Source of the DNA: the human T2T-CHM13v2.0 reference genome, Homo sapiens
Strand: one strand, 5' to 3'
Length of the DNA: 64,000 nucleotides
Assembly: GCF_009914755.1 (NCBI RefSeq)
Contig: NC_060935.1
Both the position numbers and the translations under genes were made by a program. The first letter of the stretch is position 1, and each line of letters opens with the position of its first letter. Below are positions 1 to 14,756 of this stretch, in pieces. The notes under the pieces were generated by a model, which saw only the letters and a list, made by a program, of their open reading frames with translations, ran no database searches and was not told where the DNA came from.

Positions 1-480
1 TTGCAGAACCTATGCAGTGGCTTCCTACCTGGTCTCCTTGCTTCTACTTTTGTCCCCTAGATCTGTTATCTCCAGAGCAGCCAAAGTAATCTCTTAAAAA
101 GCACAGCTGGTCATGTCACTCCCTTTGGGATAGGAGGGAAACAAAGAACATCAGAAAATCTTCAGTAGTTTCCCATCATACTTAGATTAAAATCTGGAGT
201 TTTCCTTATGGCCTACAAGGTCCTGTAAGATCTAGAACCTGGCACCTGTCTTCTCCTCCAGCCTCAGACACCACTTTCTTTCTTGTGTGGTGTGGTGTGC
301 TCTGCCTCAGCCATACCAGCCCTCGGGATGTTCTTCAAACCACCAAGCTTGATTCTGCCTTTGGACCTTTGTCCTTGCTTCTTCCTCTGCAGATGGCATC
401 ACGGCTCAGCCTCTCTCTCCTTTCAGGTCTCTTTTCACATGTCATCTCTTGTTCTAACTAGTTTTATCTAAAACAGCGTC
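1..480 (+). mobile_element. L2 LINE 3' fragment
   Basis: ctggtctccttgcttctact...ccagagcagccaaagtaatctcttaaaa...tcatgtcactccc resembles the L2 3' region; boundaries approximate. Confidence 0.65.
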
Positions 481-918
481 TATTTGAGCCTTGACTATTG
501 TGTCTTGATCCAGCTTTTCACTTACCTTCCTTTTAGAGTTGCAAATGTTCTACTTTATTAATTATGTTATTTGTATATGCCCTGGTGACATGAATTAGAA
601 AATGTGGACTGGTAGCACTATTATAGGAAGTTACTCATTTGTGGTTCATGTTGAAAATGGTTACTAACTTGCTTGTCAATTAGGAGAATGGTGATTGTTT
701 ACAGACATGAATATTCTCATAAAATTGACTGCAACACTATAGATGTTCAAATCTAGATAACAACTGTGCAATACGTGTCCCTTACCTAGATTATTTTATG
801 TAAATTTACAGCTGTAAGGATACATTTGTACATTTCAGGAACTGTGAAAATGAGAAGGTAAAATCCAGTTGAGGGTAAAACTTTAGAAAACAGGGATATA
901 AGGCCATGGAAATTCAGG

Positions 919-956
919 TGATAGTCAAGGTTTAGCATGATAGTCAAGGTTTAGCA
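919..956. repeat. Perfect 19-bp tandem duplication (tgatagtcaaggtttagca x2)
   Basis: Directly visible. Confidence 0.95.
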
Positions 957-1014
957 TTTTCATTAATTTGAAGTTTGTTTTTTCCTTTGATGACTTGATA
1001 TCCTGTAAGATTAA

Positions 1015-1327
<313 letters not shown>

Positions 1328-2206
1328 TCTGATTTTTCAAAAATACTGTACAAGTACTCTAGCTTCAAAAAGTCATAATTAACAAATATATTTCCAAATC
1401 TTGGCAGTTCATTATAATAGTTTTCTCAATCTCATACAATGAAATGTTTCTAGTAAAAGATCTGTTTATATTACACATTTGTTTTGACAGTTATAGCCAG
1501 GAGCCCATGCGTATCTCTCTCAAGAGTGGAAGCTGGGCTGCTATTTTTGCGAACCTGTACTTCTCTAAACCTCAAAGAAGATGTAAGCCCATGATGGTTA
1601 GACTTGAATCCTGAAGAGATAATTCCATGAGAAGTGGAGCAACAGACTTTCTGCCTGCGTCATTCCATCCCTGTGAAACTCATCTTGCTTGCTACCATAG
1701 TAGCCTGGAAGGGATCGCAAACAGAAGGGTCTCTTAGACAATCATTTGATTGTTTGAGCTAGATTTGTGATAAGGGTAAAAATCTGAGGGAAGAAAGGTA
1801 AGGAGCAAGAAAATACAAAAGATGTTTCATTTTTGAGATGTTCTACCTTGGTCCTTATCTGTGAGAGGAATTTTTTTTCTCTATAAGTGAATACACGAGG
1901 GAAAAATACAAGATTCTTCCTCAGACCTAAGCTTATATTTGTCATTACAGTTTGTTTAAGGAAAAAAAAAAAAAGATAAAACATGTTACGTAGTGTTCTA
2001 AAGTTTCAGTGTTAACAAACAAGATGACCTGTGGATAGCACATTAAAAAAAAAGAACACTTTATAAATTTAAATAATACATGTTCACTGTAGAAAAAGTT
2101 AGAAAACACAAACAAGAAGAGAATAATCACGTAAAGTCATATCAACTAGAAACCATATTCTTAAAATATGATATATAAACTGTCAGATAGTTAAAGAGAG
2201 GGGGCA

Positions 2207-2525
2207 GGTTTGTTTGTTTGTTTGTTTGTTTGTTTGTTTGTTTTAAGATGGAGTCTCTGTTGTCCAGTCTGCAGTGCAGTGGCACGATCATGGCTCGTTG
2301 CAGCCTCAAACTCCTCAAGTGGTTCTCCCACCTCAGTCTCTCAAGTAGCTAAAACAGGCATGTGCCACCACACCCAGCTACTTCTAAAAACTGTTTTTGT
2401 AGAGATGGGGTTTTGCTATGTTGTTCGGGGAGGGGAGGTGGGGGGGGGTCTTGAACTTATCTCAGGTGATCTTTCTTTGTCCTCCCAAAGTGCTAAGATT
2501 ACAGGTGTGAACCATCACACACAGG
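2207..2525 (-). mobile_element. Alu (AluJ-like) with (GTTT)n tail and internal G-run
   Basis: Degenerate antisense Alu dimer. Confidence 0.85.
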
Positions 2526-2546
2526 TGAGATTTTTTATAAGTACAT

Positions 2547-3291
2547 TGTGAATGGAAAAAACATCTCAGTTTCTCCCACTGTTCTCTTACAACATGTTTC
2601 TGACACCACCAAGCAAGCAGTCAGTTCTGCAGCTGCCACAGGCTAGGTGGCTTCCAATTCAGTTCTGACATTGTCTACCTGGCAGTGGCATCAGATCCTA
2701 CAGGTCAAGAGCTCAGTGCCACAAGACTCCTCCCACCCAATTCAGTCCCAGCCTCTTCTGACCAACCAGCTTCAAGTTGGGGCTCCCATAGCTGCCTCTT
2801 TGGGTTCAATTAATTTGCCAGAGTGGCTCACAGAACTCAAGGAAACTTACTTATGTTTACTGGTTTATTATATTAGAAAAGACACAGATGAAGAGATGCA
2901 CAGGGTGACGTATGGGGCAAAGGGTGTAGAACTTCCATGCCCTCTCCAGGAACTTCCACATGTTTGGCTCTCCGGAATCTCCTGAACCCAGTCCTTTTGG
3001 GGTTTTATGGAGGCTTTATTACATGGGCATGATTGGCCTTTGGTGGTCAACTTAACCTTCAGCCCCTCTTCTCTCACCAGAGGTTAAGGGGTGGGGCTGA
3101 AAGTCCTAATCATGCCTTAGTCTTTCCAGGGACCTGCCCTGATCCTGAAACTACCTAGGAGCTGCCAGCCATCAGTCAACTCACTACTGTACAAAAAGAC
3201 AGCACTTTGGAGATTCTAAGGATTTTAGGAGTTGTATGCCAAGAAAAGGTGGGTGGGGTGGAAGACCAAATATATATTTTACAATATCACA
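2547..3291 (-). mobile_element. MER21-family solo LTR
   Basis: TG...CA ends; terminus gaccaaatatatattttacaatatcaca; clearly homologous to 24461-25243. Confidence 0.8.
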
Positions 3292-3340
3292 TACACAAAA
3301 GAAATACATATGGCCAAGGAAGAGACTGAAATGTATTCAT

Positions 3341-3509
3341 GGCCTGACGCAGCAGCTCACCTGTAGTCCCAGTTACTCCGGAGGCTGAGGTGGGAGGATT
3401 GCTTGAGCACAGGAATTCAAGGTTACGGTGAACTATGATCACACCAGTCCACTCTAGCCTTGGTGACAGAGCAAGACCCTATCTCTTTAAACAAAAAAGA
3501 AAGAAAAAA
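3341..3509 (+). mobile_element. Alu monomer (FAM/FRAM-like)
   Basis: Single arm with A-tail, aaatgtat on both sides. Confidence 0.8.
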
Positions 3510-3711
3510 TGTATATATTCACCCTTTTTTCTGCATTCCTAAGGATGTGTAGGAACTCAGTCGCTGTTGTTAGGAATTTAAGTTGATTCAACTGTTCTGG
3601 AGAAAAGCTAGCAAAAACTGTAAATTTACAAATGCAAAAAAATAGTATAGTTCCTTTAACCTAACGGTTTTCTTTCTGTTACAGGAAAGAAATAATCTGA
3701 TAGCTGTCTAA

Positions 3712-4217
<506 letters not shown>

Positions 4218-4723
4218 TAGGATGTTCATTGTAATATTGTTAAAAAGGGAGAATAACCAAAAACCTGAATTTTAGTTAGGAACCTGGGTAAATAATATTA
4301 ACCACTAAAAATATTGACATAGGTCTGTATTTACTGGGAAGTCTGACAAAATGTACAGAGGAATAGAGAGAGGAAGGAAATAATATAGTAGATATATTAT
4401 TATCGTATTTTTGTGAAAATATTTACCTACAAAGCTCTGTGTTTGTGTATGTATGTAGAAGTTATCCTGACATGATATATATCTAACAGCAGATATCTCT
4501 GAAAGTGAAATTTCAAGTAATTTTTATTTTCTCCTTCATATTGTCTATATGGTACTGTGTTTGTTTTTACAGTAAAATATATTTAGTTTATAATTCTAAA
4601 AAAGATTTTCTTAGTATTAAGTAGCTTAAGGATAAAGAGGGCTGATTTTGCCATGAACAACATAACTGCTCAGAAGTAGCCAGCCACTGCTAATTAGAGC
4701 CTTGGTTTAATTTGACAAATTGA

Positions 4724-5036
<313 letters not shown>

Positions 5037-5234
5037 CTAAAAGAAGCTTTTAACAACAGCTTTGGAAAATATTCCTGCCCAGAGTGAGTACGAATTTATA
5101 TGGGCAAATTGAAAGGATGATAATTTCATATATTTGAATATCAGACTATTTTGGGGGTATAGGTCTGGCTAGTAAAAATGTGATACTTTTACGGTAACGT
5201 TAAGTCTTTTATAGAAGTAGGATTTGAAAATTAA

Positions 5235-5390
5235 AAGGAGTTTTAGAAATCATTTGCTTGCGTCCCTTCAGTTTATAGATGAAGAAACAGAAGCCCAGGC
5301 AGGGAAGATGATCTGTTTAAAGCCATACAGTTAGTCATAGACTGGTCAGATGCATATTTTGTTTCTGATCTCTGGTACCTTAGCCACTTC
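5235..5390 (-). mobile_element. MIR-family SINE fragment
   Basis: tttatagatgaagaaacagaagcccag core. Confidence 0.6.
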
Positions 5391-5583
5391 ACCTTTTTTT
5401 TCCAAATAGTCATCAGTGAATGATAATGCTTTAGCAGATGGAGTTGGAGTATCTAATAAATGTGGCAGAGTATCTAACAGATACTGTCCTCAAACAATCA
5501 ACAGTATATTAAATGCCTAGCATATACCTGAAAGCAAGTTACATACTGAAGGTAGAAAAAGAAATACATAAAAAAATTTTTGT

Positions 5584-6337
5584 GGGAAAGCACTCCCTAT
5601 TCAATAAATGGTGCTGGGATGACTGGCTAGCCATATGCAGAAGTATGAAACTATATCCCTACCTTTTACCATATACAGAAATTAACTCAAGATGGATTAA
5701 AGACTTAAATGTAAGAAATAAAACTACAAAAATCCTAGCAGAAAACCCAGGAAATATCATTCTGGACATAGGCCTGGGCAAAGAATTTATGACTAAGACC
5801 CCAAAAGCAATTGCAACAAACCAGAAATGGACAAGTGGGACCTAATTAAACTAAAAAGCTTCTGCACAGCAAAAGAAACTATCAACAGAGTAAACCTATA
5901 GAATGGGAGAAACTATTCTCAAACTATGCATCCAACAAAGATCTGATATCCAGAATCTATAAGGAACTTAATTCAACAAGCAAAAAACAACTCCATTAAA
6001 AAATGGGCAAACGACACAAACAGGCACTTCTCAAAAGAAGACATACATGCAGCCAACAAATATGAAAAAATGCTCAACATCACTAATCACTAGAGAAGTG
6101 CAAATCAAAACCACAATAAGATACTACCTCGCACCAGTCAGAATGACTATTATTAAAAAGACCAAAAAAAAAAAAAAAAGGATGTTGGCAGGGCTATAGA
6201 GAAAATGGAAGTCTTATACACAGTTGATGGAAATGTAAATTAGTTCAGCCCCTGTGGAGATTTCTCAAAGAACTTAGAACAGAACTACCATTTGATCCAG
6301 CAGTTCCTGTACTGATTATATACCCAAAGAAAAATAA
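5584..6337 (+). mobile_element. L1 fragment (3' part of ORF2, L1PB/L1MA-like)
   Basis: Translation [16 protein letters not shown]...[12 protein letters not shown] is typical of the L1 ORF2 C-terminal region; degenerate. Confidence 0.9.
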
Positions 6338-7464
6338 GAGCCACAGTAGTAATAAGATGCCCTAGGCAGAGGGACATAGGTGAAAATTAGGTGGAAGTTT
6401 AGAAATAACACATCAATACTTTCTGTATTATAAAGTTTTCATTGGAATGTTTGGGCAAATTGTAAGGGCTGCAGATACAGTTTGATTCAGGACTCAAATA
6501 GTATAACAAGGATCAGTTTTTCTGTTTTTGTTTCTTTGCTTCGTCATCCCCATTCTCAGGCCCCATGTAGATACAAGATGGCTAGTTACCAATAGCTCAA
6601 AGTTCTGGATTAGAGTCTCTTTAGTACCAGCTGACCTTACTGGAGTAGTATCTCAGAAATAATCACCATGACCAAGGGAAAGAAATTCTCTGACAACGGC
6701 TTCCCATATGGGGAAGGAAGCAAGTGAGGTGCTTTTGCCACAGGGGGGACTTATGGATATTGGATAGCAAACACTACAAATACTCACTAAACAGAACCAT
6801 TTCAGGTTTTACATAGAGGCAAAATCTTGGCGACTTTGAAGATTTTGATTTATGTTTTCCTTCATATTGTCTTAATATTTAAATAACTATAATTCTGAAT
6901 TAAAATATTAAAATTATTTTGTCCCTAGTTTCTAACTTAAGGGGAAAAATTTTAAATGAGAATGGCATAATTTAAGATTATATTCATCAGTTTCCAAGTG
7001 CTATTTGGAGAAGAGTGAGTTTCCCATATTGCTTTCGTGTACCTAGATGAATACCATTTAAAAAAAAAAACAGTGAAAGTGTTCAGTATATATGAAGAAT
7101 AAGTTGCACATGAGAGCTTGAATTAATGTTACAACAGAAATGTTCAGTTTTCTGCCATAAAGAATAATTAAAAAGTGATTGACTCAAACTTGTTTTTGTA
7201 GGACATCAAAAATGTTTATACTCTTAGATTGGTTAAGTTTAAAATGTTCACCCTTAATCTGATTTGGCAGTGAAATAATTACCCTCATATAGTGAGTGAT
7301 ATTTCCATGTTACCATGTGAACTTACTGAATTTGTTGAGATAGGGTTCCAGATTGGAGGTGTAGATATTAACAATATCTTGGTTAATTAAAGCAACAAAT
7401 AACATGAACATAATTTGATAGGAGTAAAATATTTACTCATGTTATATATAATTGGATACATGTA

Positions 7465-7582
7465 CAGGTTGAGTATCCCTAATCTGAAAATGCAGAATCC
7501 AAAATGCTGCAGTGAACTCAAAAAGTATCGGATTTTGGAGCATTTCAGATTTCGGATTTTCAGATTAGGAATATTCAACTTG
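7465..7582. mobile_element. Tigger4/MER46-family palindromic MITE
   Basis: TA-CAGGTTGAGTATCCCT...GGAATATTCAACTTG-TA; about 47-bp inverted arms, TA TSD. Confidence 0.85.
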
Positions 7583-8195
7583 TACTTACATAATGTATTC
7601 AAAGGAAAATGAAATTGAATTGCCTTATATGGCTTGTCATTTTCTTTATTATAATAAACTGCTACAGTAACAGTGAAATTTTGTTTACTTGGAACTCTTA
7701 GAGAATGAATCATTCTGAATAATAGAATTCCATAGAGCCTAATTTCCAGATACTTGATCAGGTTTTCCCTGTAGTTTAAATTTTTCTCTAAAATACTTTT
7801 CATAATTTCTTCACCTCCTTAAAGTAAGTGAAAATGATTATAATTTTTCTTTACAATTCAGGTTATTATTTGCATCATTTATTGTTCTGTGCAGCAATGG
7901 AAGTTTGTAGGGTTGTTTATCCTTTGTGAAAAAGCCATAAAGTGCTTTGAGATCTTGTGTGTTCATTATGTCCTTTTTAACCTACCTCTCTGTAATTCCT
8001 GTCTCCTTTTTGCTTCTGGACTTACAGCAGCCTCTTTTCAATGCTAAAGACTTTGAAGGCATATTAACATTCTTTTACACGTTGTATATGACACAGGAGT
8101 ACATAGACTCTAAACATTGACTCAGGACATCGACTCATAGTGGGCCTGGCTTATAGAAGCTTAATAAACACTTATTGGTTGAATGGATGTTGTAA

Positions 8196-8794
<599 letters not shown>

Positions 8795-9213
8795 TATTTA
8801 CAAAGTTGTCAAACATACTCTGATAATCTAAGGAGGAGAAGTATTTGAGAAGTGAGAAATTCACATTAACATTTCCCAAAGACAAGTCATACATCTTAAA
8901 ATTTAAGAACTTGAAAGTACCTCAGAAAACATGTATGTCAGGCTGTAAGTCTTCTGCAGTCAACTTTTATCTGGCAAAGATCTTTGCCATTTGCTGTCAC
9001 CTCAAAAAGAGAAACACAGCTGTCAGTGAACTCCCTTCCTTCTGCTAATAATTTTATCTTTATGCCTCCTCTGTATCTTTGCTGAACTAAAAGCTTCAAG
9101 GAAATGATAAGTACTTCCTCACAATTGAATGTTGACCAGATCCATGCTATGGAAATATTATTAAACTTTGTTATCTAGTAACTTTTTAATCTAAAGCTAA
9201 GATTATGCTTTAA

Positions 9214-9616
<403 letters not shown>

Positions 9617-9889
9617 TTGGTTAGGCATTTTGGAATGGGACTGTCACACTTCCACAGTTTCTTCCCTCCCCCAATTTTATTTTTTCTAAAAATCTCATTT
9701 AAAAATACCTGTAGAGTCATGTACTAAATAGCTATCTCTTGATGTCTGGACGGAGTTGTAAATTAAGCACTTTCTCCTGCTTCCTTATGTAAAGCTCTTA
9801 TACTCTGGTCACTGGCAGTAGCTTTAACATTTTTTCCTGTATCCCATTCCATTGGACAGTGGGTCTCTCTGTCACTTTATTGATTTACT

Positions 9890-10130
9890 TAGGTTGTTTC
9901 TGATTGTCCTTTTGCAGCTACAAATGTTGTAATGAGCATCCTTATGTATATCCTTGCCTACTTATTGAACAATGTCTGTAGGATAGTTTCCTAGACTTTC
10001 TTTTGCTCAAAGGTTATGCAATTGTAACATTTTGATATATGTTGTCAAATGACACTCCAAACAATGAGAACACATTTATAAGCCAGCTACCAGTATATGA
10101 GTGTTCATTTTTTCTACAGCTTCAACATAA
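9890..10130 (-). mobile_element. Old L1 (L1ME-like) fragment
   Basis: aatgagcatccttatgtatatcc...ggatagtttcctag...tcaaaggttatg resembles antisense L1M 3' end. Confidence 0.55.
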
Positions 10131-10646
10131 TTGTTTGATTTGTTGATCCAGAGAACATGAGCAATAAGTAATAAATCTCAAGGTTATTTTATATTATCTT
10201 TGATTTATGACTTCTACAAATAGCTTTCAAAAAGAGGTACATTTAATATTTTCCTTTTATCACTTCCAAGCCTATTCAGATATGAAATGTGCTATCAAAA
10301 CAAGACAATTCATTTTTTATTATTACGGGCATGAAACATCATTTAAGGAAGTTACTTTATCAATCATTGCCAAATACTTCTTTACTATTATATCACCTGT
10401 AAAGTCAGAATATGTACTTTGAATGCTTGTTCTTCCAAGTTGGAGTTCACAGGACAACTGTTGCACTTGTCATTCCCTTTGCTAACATTTACATGTGATC
10501 ACTTTGAAATACTCCTTGAGTTTTGCTGAGGAATAACGCTGATTACAATGGCGAATGAACAATAATTTAAAGCATATTAATGACTTTGTTAATCCAAACC
10601 AGCATTAATGAAATCCGAGCTTTATTTATTTATTGCTTGCTTGCAG

Positions 10647-10736
10647 GTGGATTCACCAATGAACTTGAAGCATCCTCATGACCTAGTCATATTAATGAGA
10701 CAAGAAGCAACAGTTAACTACCTCAAAGAATTAGAG
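10647..10736 (+). CDS. TTC17: TTC17 exon 2 (90 nt, phase 0-0): VDSPMNLKHPHDLVILMRQEATVNYLKELE
   Basis: ttgcag|GTGGAT acceptor, GAG|gtgagg donor, open frame. Confidence 0.95.
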
Positions 10737-10872
10737 GTGAGGCAACTGGGCATGTGAGATGCAGCTGATGCTTGTTGCATTTCACAGGAGCCATTGTGTT
10801 CAAAGAAAAGCTAAAGCATATTATTTTTTAAGTCTGAGTCTTCTGACTTTTGCGGGAATATACTACCTGCAA

Positions 10873-10895
10873 TGTGTGTGTGTGTGTGTGTGTGT
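10873..10895. repeat. (TG)n microsatellite
   Basis: Directly visible. Confidence 0.9.
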
Positions 10896-11660
10896 TTTTT
10901 CTTTATCATTTTATCAAAGTGATATTTGAGTAGTAGTAAGAAAAACAGACTACTCTAGCCTGGGTATATGCGTGATTCTTAAAACTCATTTATCTTTGAA
11001 CAGAATTTCTGTGTTTTTAAGTTTTTTCCATCAAATATGAAAATGATATAATCTCTGAAGATATTCCTAGAATAATCTGGATAAAATATGAAAAGAAAGA
11101 AAGGTTTTAATAGCCTAAAAATGTAATTATTGTTTATTCTCAGGTAGTAAAAACTAATGTCTTCCTATTATGTTTTCTTATGGTTGACGTGAAAAACATT
11201 AATCACCTTGTTCCTTGAAAGCTCGAATCTTATTAGTGCTAATAAAATCTGACTTTTTTTAATAAACATCAGTTTTCCTTTTCTCTAACATATTTCCATA
11301 AATTGATTTTGCTTAATAGCAAACAGTATTTGTTATTTGAAAAACTAGGTTTTTTTTTTCTCATGAAATCTCTGCTTTAAAGTTACAGTGTAAATTGAAT
11401 CTAAATTGTAAATAAACTGTAAGTTGTAGAAACATTAAATCAAATTGCAAAATGAGAAAAAAACTAATGGGAATAATAAAAGTAATAAAAGTAGAATCAG
11501 AGTATTTGAGAATTAGAAGGAATCATAAGATCATCCTCATTTTAGAGGCAAGGAAACAATTAGACCTAAAGACAATGAATTGCCTGACTTCACAAAGCAA
11601 GATATGGCAGAACCAGAAACAAAAGCTGTATCTCTTGACTTAAAAGCTGGCATACCTGTT

Positions 11661-11968
11661 TTTTGTTTTGTTTTGTTTTGTTTTTTGAGTCGAAGTCTCA
11701 CTCTTGTCGGCCAGGCTGCAGTGCAGTGGCATGATCTTGGCTTGCTGCAACCTCCACCTCCCCGGTTCAAGCCATTCTCCTGCCTCAGCCTCCTGAGTAG
11801 CTGGGATTACAGGCACCTGCCATCATGCCCAGCTAATTTTTGTGCTTTTAGTAGAGACGGCTTTTGCCATGTTGGCCAGGCTGGTCTCAAACTCCTGACC
11901 TCAGGTGATCTGCCCACCTCGGCCTCCCAAAGTGCTGGGATTACAGGCATGAGTCACCGCGCCCGGCC
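11661..11968 (-). mobile_element. Alu (AluSx-like)
   Basis: Full dimer, 19-bp TSD aaaagctggcatacctgtt. Confidence 0.95.
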
Positions 11969-13069
11969 AAAAGCTGGCATACCTGTTAAGCCAAGTTGGC
12001 ATGTATTTTCTTGTTATGTAAAAGTCCCGAATTTCATTTACATACATTTAATATATTTATCAACATACATATGTCTACAAATAGTTATAAATATGTACTT
12101 TTAAAAAAATCTGTGAATTAAGAGAGAGAAGACTTTAGCACATGGTAACCAGCTCTGCCTAATTAGTAGTATATTTAGAGTGTTTCTAGAACTTGAATAC
12201 CTCAACATTGTAAAAATAGTTTCTCACCTTGTTCCTACTGGTTTTATCACTTGTAAATTTGGAAATGTTGATTTTTATCAATACTAGGAATTAGACAATA
12301 GGTATCCTTATAGTGCTTCATGCTTGGAAGCATGATCTATTTTTATTTAAACCCGGTGTTCAGAAAGATGCAATGGTGCAGAAAAAAATTTTTTTTTCAG
12401 GTATATAGACACATTGTATATGTTTATTGCTATCTTTTTAGGGAGGCAGTATTATATAAAGAGAAAGAGATTTAAATTGGAGGATATATAGGAAGAAAGT
12501 GCCATTTATTAAGTCAGTGAAAATGAAATGAAAAATATTGACTCCACCAATTTTTGGTTAAGGTAGTGTAGGAGTTTATACTTATACTAAATATAAACTT
12601 CTATTTTTGTTTATACTTATACTATGAAGCTTCTGCTTCATATGCATAGCAGTGCCAGGTAAAATATAAAAATATAAACCAAAATAAAATGTAGGCAGGC
12701 TTGAAAGTAGTATAAGCATCTCCATAAACCAGAAATGAGGAGAAGCACTAAATTGGGAATGTGGCCAAAGCTACCGACCTTTTGGGCTCCAAGGCCAGGA
12801 GCAGACTATAGTAGTGTCTGATATGCAGCACTGTGGAGTTAAGGGAGCTGACAGTATTCCATGCAAGATGTAGGAACAGAACGAGGCTTACTGCTTGAAG
12901 ACTAGGATGGAGCCATTCTGCTCCTAGAAAGAGCCTGGCAAAAATAATAATAATAACAACAACAAAAGAAAACATATCAAAACCAGAAAGACTAACCCTG
13001 ATAACCAAAAAAAGGAACTGAATCATCCAATAGTTCAATAATTACATCTTCAGTTTCCTGAATATCATT

Positions 13070-13500
13070 TTAGGATAGAATATTTGGGATAGGAACTCGA
13101 AACCAAAATTGGAAGGTCTGATTCTGAGCTTGGTAACTGGATAGAACCTGGAAACAACCACAAAACTATGAGACCTAGATGATGGTCATGGAATGATTGG
13201 AAAGAAGGGGATGAGACAGAGGGCATGAAGAAATACTTCAGGGTTTCTGACCTGAGTGATTGCAAGGCTGAGGTTGATATTAGCTGAGATAAAGAAGACT
13301 GAAGGAGGTACAGGATTGGGGAGGAGTTTGGCTTTGAAATGTTAACGTTTGAAATGCCTATCAGGCATTCAAGAATGGACGTCACGTGGGCAGTTGGTCC
13401 TTCTAGTGCAAACTCAAGGGGAAAGATGCAGGCTCAAGATAGAAATTTGTTAGTCATTGACAGATAGACATAAAGCCATGAGACTAGATAAAACAGTTTA
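13070..13500 (-). mobile_element. L2 fragment
   Basis: gggtttctgacctgag...tttgaaatgcctatcaggcattcaag...gggcagttgg pattern. Confidence 0.6.
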
Positions 13501-14284
13501 TCTACCAAGTAGTGACAACTATATGAACATCTTAGATAACAGAAGACAGTGAAGGGTAAGGGAAAATCAATTCTACTGAAATTTTATATTCTTTTAAACT
13601 ATCATTTAAGAATGAGGGCAAAGTAAAGATAATTTCTGACATACAAAAGCAGTACTAACCACAGACCCTCACTTCAGCTGAAAGAAACATATTAAGTATG
13701 TATTTCTGCAAGAAGAAAAGTAAACCTAGTGGAAGTTCATAGAATGTCTAATGATAAGTTAAAAACATTGATGAAAAAGTTGCTAAATTTATTTACTTAT
13801 TGGGCTCTCTAAGGTCAAACTAGATAAAATTAATAATATGTAGTTGGGTTGGAGTATGTTCAGTAATTAAAGCATGTTAGACTGTTTTGTCATGTTCAAA
13901 AGATAAAAATAACTGAATAAATTAAAATCCTATGGGAAAATTTATTGGCAAATATATTAAAAACTTAAGGATGTTGCTTGCTACTTTTTAAGTAGTCTTG
14001 CCAAAAAATAATCAAACCACAATATAATTTGTTATTCAATGTAATTTGTTTCCTTTGTCATTCTCTTACATTTTATATATTTAAAAGATTATTCTGAGAA
14101 GAGATTTATAGGCTTCATCAGACTGCCAAAGAAGTCCATGACACAAAAAGATTATTACTCTAGATCCTGCTGTCAATATTCAGGAAATACAGAAAATAGA
14201 GGAACATGTTCAGTGAACCTTGAGTACCTAGTCAGCAAATTCCCCTAGAGTGGCAAACTCTACAGAACAAACAATCCAATTTCC

Positions 14285-14610
14285 TTTTTCTTTTTTCTTT
14301 TTATTTTCTTTTTTTTCTTTTTCTTTTTTTTGAGACAGGGTCTTGCTCTGTCACCTAGGCTGGAGTGCAGTGGCATGAACACGGCTCACTTCAGCTTCAA
14401 CTTCCTGGGCTCATGCTATCTTCCTGCCTCAGCCTCTTGTGTAGCTGGGACCACAGGCGTGCACAATGCCCAGCTATTTTTTTTATTTTTTGTAGAGACA
14501 GCGTCTCACTTTGTTGCCTAGGCTGGTTTCAAACTCCTGGGCTCAAGCAGTCCTCCCACCTTGGGCTCCCAAAGGGCTGGGATTATAGGCATGAGCCACC
14601 ATGTCTGGCC
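14285..14610 (-). mobile_element. Alu (AluJ-like)
   Basis: Antisense dimer with J-type aactcctgggctcaagcagtcctccc. Confidence 0.9.
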
Positions 14611-14756
14611 CCAGTTTCTTTAACAAATAAATTACAAGGGAGTGGGGGAGAGAGAGAGAGAGTGGTATCCAGTAGATTAAAAGAGATGTAAGAGACAAAT
14701 CAACCAATTGCAGTGTGTATGGACTATGTTGAACTCTGATTCAAACCAACTATGTA

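Noticed and set aside
5513-5845. 110-aa ORF, and the 128-aa minus ORF at 62235..62621
   Set aside because: Degenerate fragments of L1 ORF2 with no intact reverse transcriptase or promoter.
10500-10620. TAAT/ATTA-rich unique sequence with a few CpGs before exon 2, resembling a conserved non-coding element
   Set aside because: Cannot be distinguished from AT-rich background without a conservation track.
11580-12104. Longest ORF (174 aa) and the many ORFs with [19 protein letters not shown] or FHHVGQAGL
   Set aside because: These are translations of Alu sequence, not genes.
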